A DNA stretch of 64,000 bases from a virus (IMGVR_UViG_3300019776_000657:1-64000), one strand, 5' to 3'; counted from the stretch's first letter, positions 6,690-16,873 are shown. A program made the numbers and translations. Notes: a model not told the origin generated them from the sequence alone.

Positions 6690-6742
6690 AAAACTAGCTA
6701 AGCCAGGGTTTGGCCACATGTCCTTGTTATCAATCATGTGGC
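6678..6742 (+). other. second copy of the tmRNA tag-end hairpin and pseudoknot
   Basis: TTAGCAGC+stop hairpin (TTAGC/GCTAA), then H-type pseudoknot CAGGG/CCTTG and GCCACATG/CATGTGGC. Confidence 0.65.
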
Positions 6743-6855
6743 ATTTTATAAGCACACTGCCACTTAATAAATAAATGCGGAGCAATCCGGTACGCCTTCC
6801 GCGGGTTAGGGTAACGCAGTGGTGGCCGCCACTGTTCCTGGTGTGCTTATAAAAT
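6743..6855 (+). ncRNA. unassigned structured RNA 1
   Basis: perfect 15-bp closing stem ATTTTATAAGCACAC/GTGTGCTTATAAAAT; internal GGA-GCAA-TCC, GG-TACG-CC and CAGTGG/CCACTG hairpins. Confidence 0.6.
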
Positions 6856-6916
6856 ACTAGCACTTCACTGATAAAGAAGACTGGTCAACTGTACTCAATT
6901 GGCTAGTGCTTGTATT
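6853..6916 (+). ncRNA. unassigned structured RNA 2 with an Ile-GAU anticodon-like loop
   Basis: closing stem AATACTAGCAC/GTGCTTGTATT; CTTC-A-CTGATAA-A-GAAG; CTGGTCAA/TTGGCTAG. Confidence 0.5.
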
Positions 6917-6986
6917 GGCGGGCCTGTACAACCCCGAAAGGAACCCGCCTCCGCGCACGACGAAAACAGGATGGGCTGTCGTGCCA
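6917..6986 (+). ncRNA. unassigned structured RNA 3 (kissing/pseudoknot)
   Basis: GGCGGG/CCCGCC, GCACGAC/GTCGTGC, loop-loop CCTGT/ACAGG; ends ...GCCA just before tRNA-Thr. Confidence 0.55.
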
Positions 6987-6988
6987 CT

Positions 6989-7063
6989 GCCGTTTTAGCT
7001 CAGAGGTAGAGCAATCCCCTTGTAAGGGAAAGGTCGTCAGTTCGATTCCGACAAGCGGCACCA
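6989..7063 (+). tRNA. tRNA-Thr(UGU)
   Basis: GCCGTTT/AAGCGGC + ACCA; TCCC-CTTGTAA-GGGA. Confidence 0.93.
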
Positions 7064-7082
7064 GACTTTCAAAATTTTTATA

Positions 7083-7111
7083 TTGAACCACACGCTCCAA
7101 TGTCTTATAAT
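7083..7111 (+). promoter_or_regulatory. sigma70-type promoter
   Basis: TTGAAC-17nt-TATAAT; ATG 7119 lies 7 nt downstream. Confidence 0.65.
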
Positions 7112-7118
7112 AATGTCA

Positions 7119-7382
7119 ATGAATTCAAAAAGCAGTCGCAAATTCAGGGTTTGGGATAACAAACTATTATTTCAAACCTATCAACAAGCAATCCAAATCA
7201 AGGAAAAGATCGAAGAACTATGCGGTGACAAACTGAATCCAGAAGACCTGCCACACAGTGCGGTGCCAACCGATACCCTATACACTGTAATGGCGTGTTA
7301 TGAAGCAATGTACGACAAGCTATTAGAAGAAGAACTTCTACAGGCTGGATACTCCCCTAAATCAACTAAATCTTATCACTAA
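7119..7382 (+). CDS. hypothetical protein
   Basis: ORF directly behind the promoter. Confidence 0.65.
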   Translation: MNSKSSRKFRVWDNKLLFQTYQQAIQIKEKIEELCGDKLNPEDLPHSAVPTDTLYTVMACYEAMYDKLLEEELLQAGYSPKSTKSYH

Positions 7383-7395
7383 AAGGAAAACAATC

Positions 7396-7758
7396 ATGGC
7401 ATGGACTGACGAACTCAAGGCAAAGGTTATTGAAGCATACGAGGCTGCTGGCCCCACTCCAGAAACCTCAACAGAAATCATCAAAGATATTGCAGAAGAA
7501 TATGAGCAGAGCCCAAACGGCGTACGAATGGTGCTAGTACAGGCCGGCGTTTATGTAAAGAAGGAAGCGGCTCCCAGTGGCGAAGGTACCAAGAAGTCAA
7601 GCGGTGGCTCAGAGGGTGGTAAGCGTGTTTCGAAGGAAACCAGCATTGCTGCCTTGAAGGCTGCCATCAAGGCCAAGGGTGGTGCTGTAGACGACGAGAT
7701 CTTGGACAAGCTGACCGGCAAGGCTGCTGTCTATCTCACAGGCGTTATCTCTGGCTAA
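7396..7758 (+). CDS. T5 D3-like protein
   Basis: WTDE...PNGVRMVL.AGVYVKK...DKLTGKAA resembles T5 D3 as recalled; position in the replication block. Confidence 0.65.
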   Translation: MAWTDELKAKVIEAYEAAGPTPETSTEIIKDIAEEYEQSPNGVRMVLVQAGVYVKKEAAPSGEGTKKSSGGSEGGKRVSKETSIAALKAAIKAKGGAVDDEILDKLTGKAAVYLTGVISG

Positions 7759-7762
7759 TCAC

Positions 7763-7783
7763 GGGGCGGCAATTGCCGCCTTT
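7763..7783 (+). terminator. possible weak terminator
   Basis: GGGGCGGC-AATT-GCCGCCTTT. Confidence 0.45.
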
Positions 7784-7802
7784 AGTCGTTTATGGAGGAA
7801 CT

Positions 7803-8012
7803 ATGATTGAACTTCGCTGGTTGACCTTTGAAGGTGGTCATAAGGTATTGCAAAGTCGTGTAAAATATGATAAAACAATTTATGGACTACCAGCAGGTAT
7901 AGTTCCACCAGAACCACACACAGAGAGAGTGTGGAGTGAATGGTGTGACGTTCCGCAACTGATGTGTGCTGTTGTAAACGGTGAAAGAAAGGTAATAGAT
8001 CGTGTCCTCTAG
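7803..8012 (+). CDS. hypothetical protein
   Basis: GGAGG RBS before ATG 7803. Confidence 0.65.
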   Translation: MIELRWLTFEGGHKVLQSRVKYDKTIYGLPAGIVPPEPHTERVWSEWCDVPQLMCAVVNGERKVIDRVL

Positions 8013-8613
8013 AAAGACTAAAAACGGTGATGACGAAAAGCTGGATCCAACGAACCTAGACAAGATTATTGCACTATTAGAGGCCGAGAAACCCATCACT
8101 AAAAAAGATGCGTGTTCAATGCTAAACATTGCGTACAACACCACTAGGTTGGCTTCGCTGATTGAGAAGCACAAAGAAAAGAAGGCTCGTGACAAGCAGC
8201 GTCGTCAAGAAAAGCGCGGCAAGCCTGCTACACCAGATGAGATTAGCTATATTGTGAGTGGATACCTAGAAGGTGACACAATTGACAATCTCAGCAATTC
8301 AATTCACCGACCAGGCACTTTTGTAAAGCAGATTCTAGATCGTTATGATGTGCCCATCCGTAGCCGTTCACATGACTATTTCAAACCAGAACTCATCCCA
8401 GAAGGTGCTGTAAGAACCAAGTTCGATATGGGCGAAAAGGTCTACAGTGCGCGATATGACAGCATGGCTGTGATTGAAGGAGAGTTTCCTCACTCACAAG
8501 AGTATGTTTATCGTGTATGGTTGTCTGGCGATCGCTGGCAGCAATATGCCTATCAGCCTGCGTCCGAGTTGGCTTCACTAAAACACTTGGCTGAACTAGG
8601 AGTAAAGGTATGA
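8002..8613 (+). CDS. T5 D2-like protein
   Basis: TKKDACSML, KRG, YL.GD, YRVWL, ELASLKHL motifs resemble T5 D2 as recalled. Confidence 0.65.
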   Translation: MSSRKTKNGDDEKLDPTNLDKIIALLEAEKPITKKDACSMLNIAYNTTRLASLIEKHKEKKARDKQRRQEKRGKPATPDEISYIVSGYLEGDTIDNLSNSIHRPGTFVKQILDRYDVPIRSRSHDYFKPELIPEGAVRTKFDMGEKVYSARYDSMAVIEGEFPHSQEYVYRVWLSGDRWQQYAYQPASELASLKHLAELGVKV

Positions 8614-8614
8614 C

Positions 8615-9864
<1,250 letters not shown>

Positions 9865-9906
9865 TTTCAAGTGTAAATTTGGCTTTTGGGCAACATAAAT
9901 TTTGTC

Positions 9907-9935
9907 TTGCCATACCCTACCAAAACAGTTATAAT
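9907..9935 (+). promoter_or_regulatory. sigma70-type promoter between the ligase halves
   Basis: TTGCCA-17nt-TATAAT. Confidence 0.7.
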
Positions 9936-9960
9936 TACTGTTCTTAATCGTTAAAACACC

Positions 9961-10713
9961 ATGAAGATTGAAATTCCAACTAACTGTCCTTGCTGTGATT
10001 ACACCCTAGATTGGGTAAACGATCAATTGTTCTGCCGCAATACGGCATGCAGTGCTCAGTTGAATAAAAAGTTGGAACATTTTTGCAAGACTCTTGGTAT
10101 CAAAGGATTTGGCCCTAAAACTGTAGAAAAGCTGCAAATTTCGGACATTACCGAAATTTACTATCTCGATGTACAGCAAGTTGCTGAAGGTCTGAATAGT
10201 GAGCGAACAGCCCTCAAGCTGTTGGATGAAATCGAGCGATCGAAAGTTGCAGATTTGGCTACAGTTTTAGCGGCGTTTTCCATTCCCCTGATTGGAGCCA
10301 CAGCCAGTAACAAAATTTGTAGTGTAGTAGGTCATATTGATGAGATCAATAGTGAAACGTGCAAACAAGCAGGTTTAGGTGACAAAGCCACACAAAACCT
10401 GTTGAACTGGATTGAAACAGAATATACAGAGCTAAAAGAGTTTTTGCCGTTCTCTTTTCGTTCAAATGCTCAAGTTACAAGTGAAGCGGATGGTCCCACT
10501 GTCTGCATTACTGGTAAATTGACTTCGTTTAAGACCAAGGGTGCAGCAACTGAAGCGTTGATTGCCGCTGGGTTCAAGGTAGTAGACAGTGTAACAAAGA
10601 CACTGTGTTATTTAATCGACGAAGCTAATGATAATAGTTCTAAGCGTAAAAAAGCAGAACAATACGGTATAACAATTGTTGATAACCTAACTCAATTTTT
10701 ACAGAAAGCATAA
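9961..10713 (+). CDS. NAD-dependent DNA ligase, subunit B (Zn finger, HhH, BRCT)
   Basis: PTNCPCC...C.N..C, IKGFGPKT, VCITGKL...SSKRKKAEQYGI. Confidence 0.92.
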   Translation: MKIEIPTNCPCCDYTLDWVNDQLFCRNTACSAQLNKKLEHFCKTLGIKGFGPKTVEKLQISDITEIYYLDVQQVAEGLNSERTALKLLDEIERSKVADLATVLAAFSIPLIGATASNKICSVVGHIDEINSETCKQAGLGDKATQNLLNWIETEYTELKEFLPFSFRSNAQVTSEADGPTVCITGKLTSFKTKGAATEALIAAGFKVVDSVTKTLCYLIDEANDNSSKRKKAEQYGITIVDNLTQFLQKA

Positions 10714-10715
10714 AC

Positions 10716-11465
10716 ATGACAGAAAAAGCAAAGAAGTGGTCAGATGAGGCCGTTGCACGACTAATGAGTATTGTCGGTAGCAGCAGCCCAGTTAGCGCAG
10801 CCAAGGTAGAACAAGCTGCCTCTGAACTAGAGTTCTCTCCTCGTTCAGTAGCTAGCAAGCTCCGCCAACTTGACCGCGAAGTAGCTTCAATGGCAAAGGA
10901 AAAGACCAGCGCATTCTCAGATAGTCAGACTACTCGTCTAAAGAACTTTGTGACTCAAAATGCTGGCAAGCTGACCTACAAGGAAGTTGCCGAACAGTTT
11001 GACAATGGCGCATTTACCGCCAAGCAAATTCAGGGCAAGCTGCTTGCACTAGAACTCACTGGTTCAGTCAAGCCTGCCGAAAAGGTAGAAGTAGCTCGTA
11101 CCTATAGTGAAGCAGAAGAAGCCAAGTTTGTTTCAATGGTACAGAATGGCAAGTTCATTGAGGATATTGCTGCAAGCCTCAATAAGTCAATCGCCTCCGT
11201 TCGTGGCAAGGCTCTTAGCCTAACACGCAACGGTCAGATCGACAAGATCCCTGCACAACGTGAAAGCCATGCTCAGAGCACAGTTGATCCTGTGACTGCT
11301 ATCGGCGACAAGATCGTAACCATGACTGTTGCAGAAATTGCATCAGCAGCAGACAAGACAGAACGTGGAATTAAGACACTACTTACACGCCGCGGTATCA
11401 CAGTTGCTGACTATGATGGCGCTGCAAAGAAGGCCAAGGCTGAAGCCAAGGCTGCGACTGCCTAA
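10716..11465 (+). CDS. T5 D5-like DNA-binding protein
   Basis: repeated HTH-like units (RSVASKLR, KQIQGKLL, SVRGKALSL, RGIKTLLTRRG); follows the ligase as in T5. Confidence 0.8.
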   Translation: MTEKAKKWSDEAVARLMSIVGSSSPVSAAKVEQAASELEFSPRSVASKLRQLDREVASMAKEKTSAFSDSQTTRLKNFVTQNAGKLTYKEVAEQFDNGAFTAKQIQGKLLALELTGSVKPAEKVEVARTYSEAEEAKFVSMVQNGKFIEDIAASLNKSIASVRGKALSLTRNGQIDKIPAQRESHAQSTVDPVTAIGDKIVTMTVAEIASAADKTERGIKTLLTRRGITVADYDGAAKKAKAEAKAATA

Positions 11466-11484
11466 TATAAGTCGTTTTTAATAC

Positions 11485-11517
11485 AAGGGATAGAGACTAA
11501 AAACTCTATCCCTTTTT
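11485..11517 (+). terminator. intrinsic terminator
   Basis: AAGGGATAGAG...CTCTATCCCTTTTT. Confidence 0.8.
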
Positions 11518-11530
11518 GCACTGGAGAATC

Positions 11531-11830
11531 ATGAAAGTAACAATAACATATCATGATAACGAAAGTCTAACCGTTGAAGAAGTTGTGCGTCAAGCAACCC
11601 ACAACTATGGTAAAACCTGCAAAGTAGAGGTAATGCCAGAGAGTACTATTGCGTATGACCTTATATATTTTGGACTACAGCAGTTACTAACACACGAACA
11701 ATTGAGTTTGTTCTACGACAGCGGCGGTAGTTATCAACAAGATATTAAAAAACTTCGCAGTGATGTAATCTACAAGATAGAAGAAATAATTGATCAAGTA
11801 ATCATCGATAATGAATCTAAGGTAGTCTGA
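11531..11830 (+). CDS. hypothetical protein
   Basis: GGAG RBS; coupled to the helicase. Confidence 0.7.
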   Translation: MKVTITYHDNESLTVEEVVRQATHNYGKTCKVEVMPESTIAYDLIYFGLQQLLTHEQLSLFYDSGGSYQQDIKKLRSDVIYKIEEIIDQVIIDNESKVV

Positions 11831-13215
11831 TGGATTGTAGTGCTATTGTCTTAAACAAGTTGTTGACAGAAAGGAGTTTGGACATTTGGTCCAGGTTAAA
11901 GCTCGTCTTTCTAGATCCAGCTTTTTCAAGTCTATATAGCGCAGTTAAGAAGTACTACGATAACTATAGTGCAATTCCATCTTTTGACGAGCTAGAGCTC
12001 ACATTGAGAGAAGGTCCTGCTTTAAGGACGTTGGCGACACTGAAGTTAGCCGACAATCCAGACATTAGTTCTGAAGTAGCCTTAAATGCCTTAATAGACC
12101 AGTACACACAAAACGAAACAATCAAATTACTAGATAAATTTATTGACAAACTGCCGGTTTACGACAGCCAGGAAATCAAGGAAAACCTGGCTGCAATGGT
12201 GTTGACACTAGACGATAAGACCCTGACAACAGAGGGCGTCTACAACATGGCAGATATTATGTTGTTCAAGAATGCAGAGGAACTGGCTCGTGATCGTATC
12301 CATCTGGGATTTAATAATACTTTTGATGCTACCCTCGCTGGTGTTGCAAGGCAGGAGCTCATTCTCATTGGCGGCAAAAGAGGCAGCGGCAAGTCTATTT
12401 GCAGTAGCAATATTGCTATCAGCCAGTATGAGTCTGGAAATACAAGTGTTATATTCAGTATTGAAATGATTGCACACGAGGTACTTGAGCGTAACTTGAG
12501 TATCTTGGCTAACGTAAGCCACCAGAACCTAAAACAGAACAGATTAACAGAAGATGAACTGTTAAGGGTTGTCAAAGCCAGAGCAGGTATGTTTGATAAC
12601 AGCGATGACCTAGTAGAAGGTTTCAAAACACATCGTGACAAGATCAAATTTGAACAGAGCTTGGTTCGTGAAAAGCGGTTGAAGACCGACAATCAGATGA
12701 TTATCATTGATGATCGTGCACTGACGTTGACCAGCCTAGACCTACACCTGGGCAAAGTCAAAGCCAAGTTTGGTGACAAATTCACGGTGGCAGTAGTAGA
12801 CTATCTAAATCAGATTGTAGTCGAAGGTGCCAGTCAGTTTGACTGGCAGCCACAGATTGTTATTTCTAAGAAGCTGAAAGAGTTGGCCCGAAAATACGAT
12901 ATTGTGATGATTTCACCATATCAGATTGATGCCACTGGCGAAGCACGATTTGCCAAGGGTATCTTGGATGCTGCTGACATTGCCCTAGTAATGGAAGCAC
13001 ACGAAAAAGAGAAGGGCGCACTGACTTTTTCTACCACAAAGATTCGTGGCGGCCGTGAAATGACGTTTACATCACCCATCAATTGGGATAGCCTTCGTAT
13101 CAGTCCTCATGACATTGAGGCCCCTGAAAAGAAAGAAACTATCAAGAAGGCTTCAAAGAAGAAAGAAGCAGCTAAGCAAGACGATAGCGATAGTGATATT
13201 CCTTGGAACATATAA
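11830..13215 (+). CDS. DnaB-like replicative helicase (T5 D6-like)
   Basis: Walker A GKRGSGKS, FSIEM, VVDYLNQI. Confidence 0.92.
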   Translation: MDCSAIVLNKLLTERSLDIWSRLKLVFLDPAFSSLYSAVKKYYDNYSAIPSFDELELTLREGPALRTLATLKLADNPDISSEVALNALIDQYTQNETIKLLDKFIDKLPVYDSQEIKENLAAMVLTLDDKTLTTEGVYNMADIMLFKNAEELARDRIHLGFNNTFDATLAGVARQELILIGGKRGSGKSICSSNIAISQYESGNTSVIFSIEMIAHEVLERNLSILANVSHQNLKQNRLTEDELLRVVKARAGMFDNSDDLVEGFKTHRDKIKFEQSLVREKRLKTDNQMIIIDDRALTLTSLDLHLGKVKAKFGDKFTVAVVDYLNQIVVEGASQFDWQPQIVISKKLKELARKYDIVMISPYQIDATGEARFAKGILDAADIALVMEAHEKEKGALTFSTTKIRGGREMTFTSPINWDSLRISPHDIEAPEKKETIKKASKKKEAAKQDDSDSDIPWNI

Positions 13216-14084
13216 TGTCAGACCACGTACTAGACCTATTAAATAAACAAAATATCGGTTTCACGGTTAGTGGCAGAGATTACCTTATTCGTTGTCTCAA
13301 TCCAGATCACGATGACGGCAACCCCAGTTTCAGAGTTGATCGTATCACTGGAGTTAGTCACTGCTTTAGCTGTGGATTTAAAACAAATATATTTAAACAC
13401 TTTGGCGTAGTAGGTAATTTTACCTCTATCAAAGTTGCCAAACTAAAAGAAAAGCTCAAAGACTTAACTATTAACTTTAATGGTGTAGAATTTCCAGAAC
13501 AGTTTGTGCCAATCACTAAACCATTTCGTGGAATCAGTGCTAAAACCCTAAAAGAGTTTGGTGCTTTCTATGTCAACAATGGCAGTGAGTTGAGTGATCG
13601 AATCTGGTTTCCAATCAGGGATATCAGAGGTAAAAACATGGTGTATGTTGGCAGACACATGATGAGTGATGGTAATCCAAGATACTTAAACTATCCTCGT
13701 GGTGTTACCATGCCAATCTATCCAGAAGTATTCAACGAACGCTTTACTAGTGCTGTGTTGGTAGAAGGCATATTTGATATGCTCAACCTATTCGATAAAG
13801 GATTAACAAATGTTTGTTGTACTTTTGGAACGAATACACTATTCAAAGAACCAGACCTAAAGCTGTTGAGTCTAAAAACTCAAGGCATAGTTAAATTATA
13901 TCTAATGTATGACGGAGACGACGCAGGACAGGACGCAATGAATAGGTTAGAGCCTGTGTTACAAGAAGCAGGATATCTAACAGAAAAAATTGTGTTAGAA
14001 GCTGATTCTGATCCTGGTGAACTGAGTCAAGAATACGTAGATAGCATAAAGGAATACATAAGTGAAAAAGATCGCAATAGTTGA
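13215..14084 (+). CDS. DNA primase (CHC2 zinc finger + TOPRIM)
   Basis: C..P.H.D..PS...HCFSCG; LVEGIFD; YDGDDAG; DPG. Confidence 0.93.
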   Translation: MSDHVLDLLNKQNIGFTVSGRDYLIRCLNPDHDDGNPSFRVDRITGVSHCFSCGFKTNIFKHFGVVGNFTSIKVAKLKEKLKDLTINFNGVEFPEQFVPITKPFRGISAKTLKEFGAFYVNNGSELSDRIWFPIRDIRGKNMVYVGRHMMSDGNPRYLNYPRGVTMPIYPEVFNERFTSAVLVEGIFDMLNLFDKGLTNVCCTFGTNTLFKEPDLKLLSLKTQGIVKLYLMYDGDDAGQDAMNRLEPVLQEAGYLTEKIVLEADSDPGELSQEYVDSIKEYISEKDRNS

Positions 14085-16353
14085 TAAAGCTCCCAGTAGA
14101 AATGACTACTCAAAGTATTTTGACTTTGAGTTTGAGACATTTCACATGAGTTCAGTGCCAATTCAAAAGCTGCTCAAAAAGGACGTGGATCTAGATCGAA
14201 ACCTATTGGATCCCTTTGACTTGGTAATCCTGGTAGGTGCCGAGGCAGCCAAGGAATATGCTAAAGTTAGTAGTGTTACTAACTATGCTGGTTTATTGGT
14301 AGATGAGAAGTGGGTGTGTATCAGCAATCCTGCTATGTTGGTATTTAAGCCAGAAGGCAAACCAGACTTTGAACGTGCTGTAGATAAAATCAAACAGTAT
14401 GTAGCTGGTAATACCAAAAACAGTAGTCAAACAGGTGATTTCAAGGGCGTAAACGATTCAGAAGAGGCCTTGGCTTACCTGCAAGAAGTTTTAGACAATG
14501 CTGTAGACGTTGTAGCAATGGACACGGAAACAACAGCTCTATATCCTAGAGATGGCCATGTACTCGGTCTTAGCTTGAGCTACAAAAAGAAGCAAGGCCG
14601 GTACATTCTAACCGATGTGTTGGACGATCGCCACCTAGATATCATTAATCAAATCATTCAGAAATACGATATTGTATTTCACAACATGAAGTTTGACTAC
14701 AAAATGATTTACTATCATCTAGGAATCGATTTCAATAGGTCCAAAGTACATGACACTATGGTTATGCACTATGTATTAGATGAGACTGACAGCCATGGTT
14801 TGAAACCCTTGGCCCTAAAGTACACCGACTACGGCGATTATGACAGTGAACTAGACGACTTCAAGAAGAGCTACTGCAAGCAGCAAGGATTGCTAGAGGA
14901 GGACTTTACTTATGACCTCATTCCTTTTGATGTGATCTCTAAGTATGCTTCGATCGATACAGCCGTGACCCTAGAACTGTACGAAAAGTTTTATCCATTA
15001 ATTCAAAAGAACCCCAAGCTCTTATGGGTGTATCAAAACCTACTTATTCGTGGTACTCTATTCTTAATGGACATGGAAGAAGTAGGCATTCCCATTAGCC
15101 GCGAACGTATGGAAGCAGCTGGTGGTTACTTAGACAAGTGGATCCTAGAGGCCAAGGAAAAGGTTTATGCGTTTGAGGAAGTTAAAAGGTTTGAGAAGGA
15201 CTCGGGCAAGATATTCAATCCCAACTCGGTCCAACAGCTTAGAACGGTTCTATTCGACTATGTTGGACTTACTCCAACGGGCAAGCTCACCAAAACAGGT
15301 GCCCTATCAACCGATGCCGAAGTACTGGAAGAACTCAGTGAAGAGCATCCCTTGCCGGCCCAGATCCTTACAGTTCGTCAGTTGGCAAAAATTCAGTCAA
15401 GCTATGTTGCAAAAATTTTACCGGAGTTAGATCGTGATAGCAGAATTCGTACCAATTTTAATCTTATTTTTACCACTAGTGGCCGTTTATCTAGTAGCGG
15501 TAAGTTTAATGCTCAGCAAATTCCGCGAGATGATCCAATCATTAAAGGATGTATACGAGCCCCCGACGGTTACAAGATTGTAAGCCAGGACTTGACCACT
15601 GCAGAGATGTATTATGCTGCAGTATTGAGCAGCGATAAAAACTTGCAAAGTGTGTTCTCCAGTGGTGGAGACTTTCACAGTAGTATTGCTAAAATGGTAT
15701 TCAACTTACCATGTGGAGTAGAAGATGTTAAGAAACAGTATGGCTCTCTACGTCAGAGTGCGAAAGCAATCAGTTTTGGAATATTATACGGTTCGGGCCC
15801 AGCAAAGGTTAGCCAGTCGGTTACGAAAGCAACTGGAGAATCCTACCCTATCAGCCAAGCAAAAGACGACATTGAGCAGTATTTTACTCGCTTCAAGAAG
15901 CTCAAGAATTGGCTGGATCAGCGAAAGACATTCATTGAGACTAATGGGTATACATATTCATTCTTTGGCCGTAAAAGGCGTCTACCAAACGTATTCTCAG
16001 CGGACAAAGGAATTGCAGCGCATGAAGTACGTTCGGGAATTAACGCGGAAGTACAAAGCCTAGCCTCAGACGTAAATCTGTTGGGCGCTATGGACACACA
16101 TGATGAGTTGAAGAGGCTGAAGATGAAGAGTAAAATCTTTATGTTAGTACACGACTCGATTGTGGGATTGGTGCCGGACAGTGAGGTCGAACACTACTGC
16201 GAGATCCTAAAGACAATGACTCAAAAAGATCGTGGTTGCGGTATTTTGGGCAGTCCTATTGGTGTTGACCAAGATATCGGCCAAGACTACAGCTTTGACA
16301 AATTTGACCAATACTACACACTAGAAAACGGAATTCTTGTTAAAAATGCTTAA
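14062..16353 (+). CDS. polA: family A DNA polymerase with 3'-5' exonuclease (T5-like)
   Basis: DTETT, FHNMKFD, YASIDT exonuclease motifs; TSGRLSS, QDLTTAE, RQSAKAISFGILYG, LVHDSI. Confidence 0.96.
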   Translation: MKKIAIVDKAPSRNDYSKYFDFEFETFHMSSVPIQKLLKKDVDLDRNLLDPFDLVILVGAEAAKEYAKVSSVTNYAGLLVDEKWVCISNPAMLVFKPEGKPDFERAVDKIKQYVAGNTKNSSQTGDFKGVNDSEEALAYLQEVLDNAVDVVAMDTETTALYPRDGHVLGLSLSYKKKQGRYILTDVLDDRHLDIINQIIQKYDIVFHNMKFDYKMIYYHLGIDFNRSKVHDTMVMHYVLDETDSHGLKPLALKYTDYGDYDSELDDFKKSYCKQQGLLEEDFTYDLIPFDVISKYASIDTAVTLELYEKFYPLIQKNPKLLWVYQNLLIRGTLFLMDMEEVGIPISRERMEAAGGYLDKWILEAKEKVYAFEEVKRFEKDSGKIFNPNSVQQLRTVLFDYVGLTPTGKLTKTGALSTDAEVLEELSEEHPLPAQILTVRQLAKIQSSYVAKILPELDRDSRIRTNFNLIFTTSGRLSSSGKFNAQQIPRDDPIIKGCIRAPDGYKIVSQDLTTAEMYYAAVLSSDKNLQSVFSSGGDFHSSIAKMVFNLPCGVEDVKKQYGSLRQSAKAISFGILYGSGPAKVSQSVTKATGESYPISQAKDDIEQYFTRFKKLKNWLDQRKTFIETNGYTYSFFGRKRRLPNVFSADKGIAAHEVRSGINAEVQSLASDVNLLGAMDTHDELKRLKMKSKIFMLVHDSIVGLVPDSEVEHYCEILKTMTQKDRGCGILGSPIGVDQDIGQDYSFDKFDQYYTLENGILVKNA

Positions 16354-16873
16354 TCAAATTCAATTCCCAATCTATCACCTGGGTCAAGACAAGCCCCTCA
16401 AGGAGGGTACTCGCTGGTATTACTACTATGAAGTACACCACAAAGACGGCGAAGTAGACCCTAAAACTGCAATAATCGACGACACCAGTGTCGTGGGTAA
16501 TTCTCTTGCAATGAGGCGGCTACAATTGAAGAATGTTGGAACCCATCTACACAAGCTGAAGCATGCTGTGTTCTTTTTGGGTGACATGGTAAAGCTAAGC
16601 AAGGGTGGAACTTGGTTTATTGACAGTGAAGGGTATGTGTTTGAGTACCGTAAGACTAAAAAGGTTCCATTAGTATTCAAGCCCATCAGTCAGGTAATAC
16701 CCATGAAGACCGGTGGTGCAGTGATCGAGATTCAGGGCGTGGGTACCAGATTCAAAACTTTGTATGCGCCAAAACCCACTGAAAAATATGCTGGATTATT
16801 GTTGGTAGGCACAGGTTATTTACTATACGGAGTTTATGAAGAAGAACACCCGTCCACTGTAAGGATGATTTAG
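16346..16873 (+). CDS. hypothetical protein (T5-like, between pol and D10)
   Basis: synteny and a clean ORF. Confidence 0.7.
   Translation: MLNQIQFPIYHLGQDKPLKEGTRWYYYYEVHHKDGEVDPKTAIIDDTSVVGNSLAMRRLQLKNVGTHLHKLKHAVFFLGDMVKLSKGGTWFIDSEGYVFEYRKTKKVPLVFKPISQVIPMKTGGAVIEIQGVGTRFKTLYAPKPTEKYAGLLLVGTGYLLYGVYEEEHPSTVRMI

Noticed and set aside
5860-6742. Group I intron housing the GIY-YIG within tmRNA
   Set aside because: No P/Q/R/S core elements seen; the flanks are short and explained by a promoter and duplicated pseudoknots
6861-6970. Hammerhead or HDV-like (theta) ribozyme
   Set aside because: CTGATAA and CTGTACA do not fit CUGANGA with the required stems, and I could not build the HDV P1.1/J4-2 core; left as unassigned RNAs
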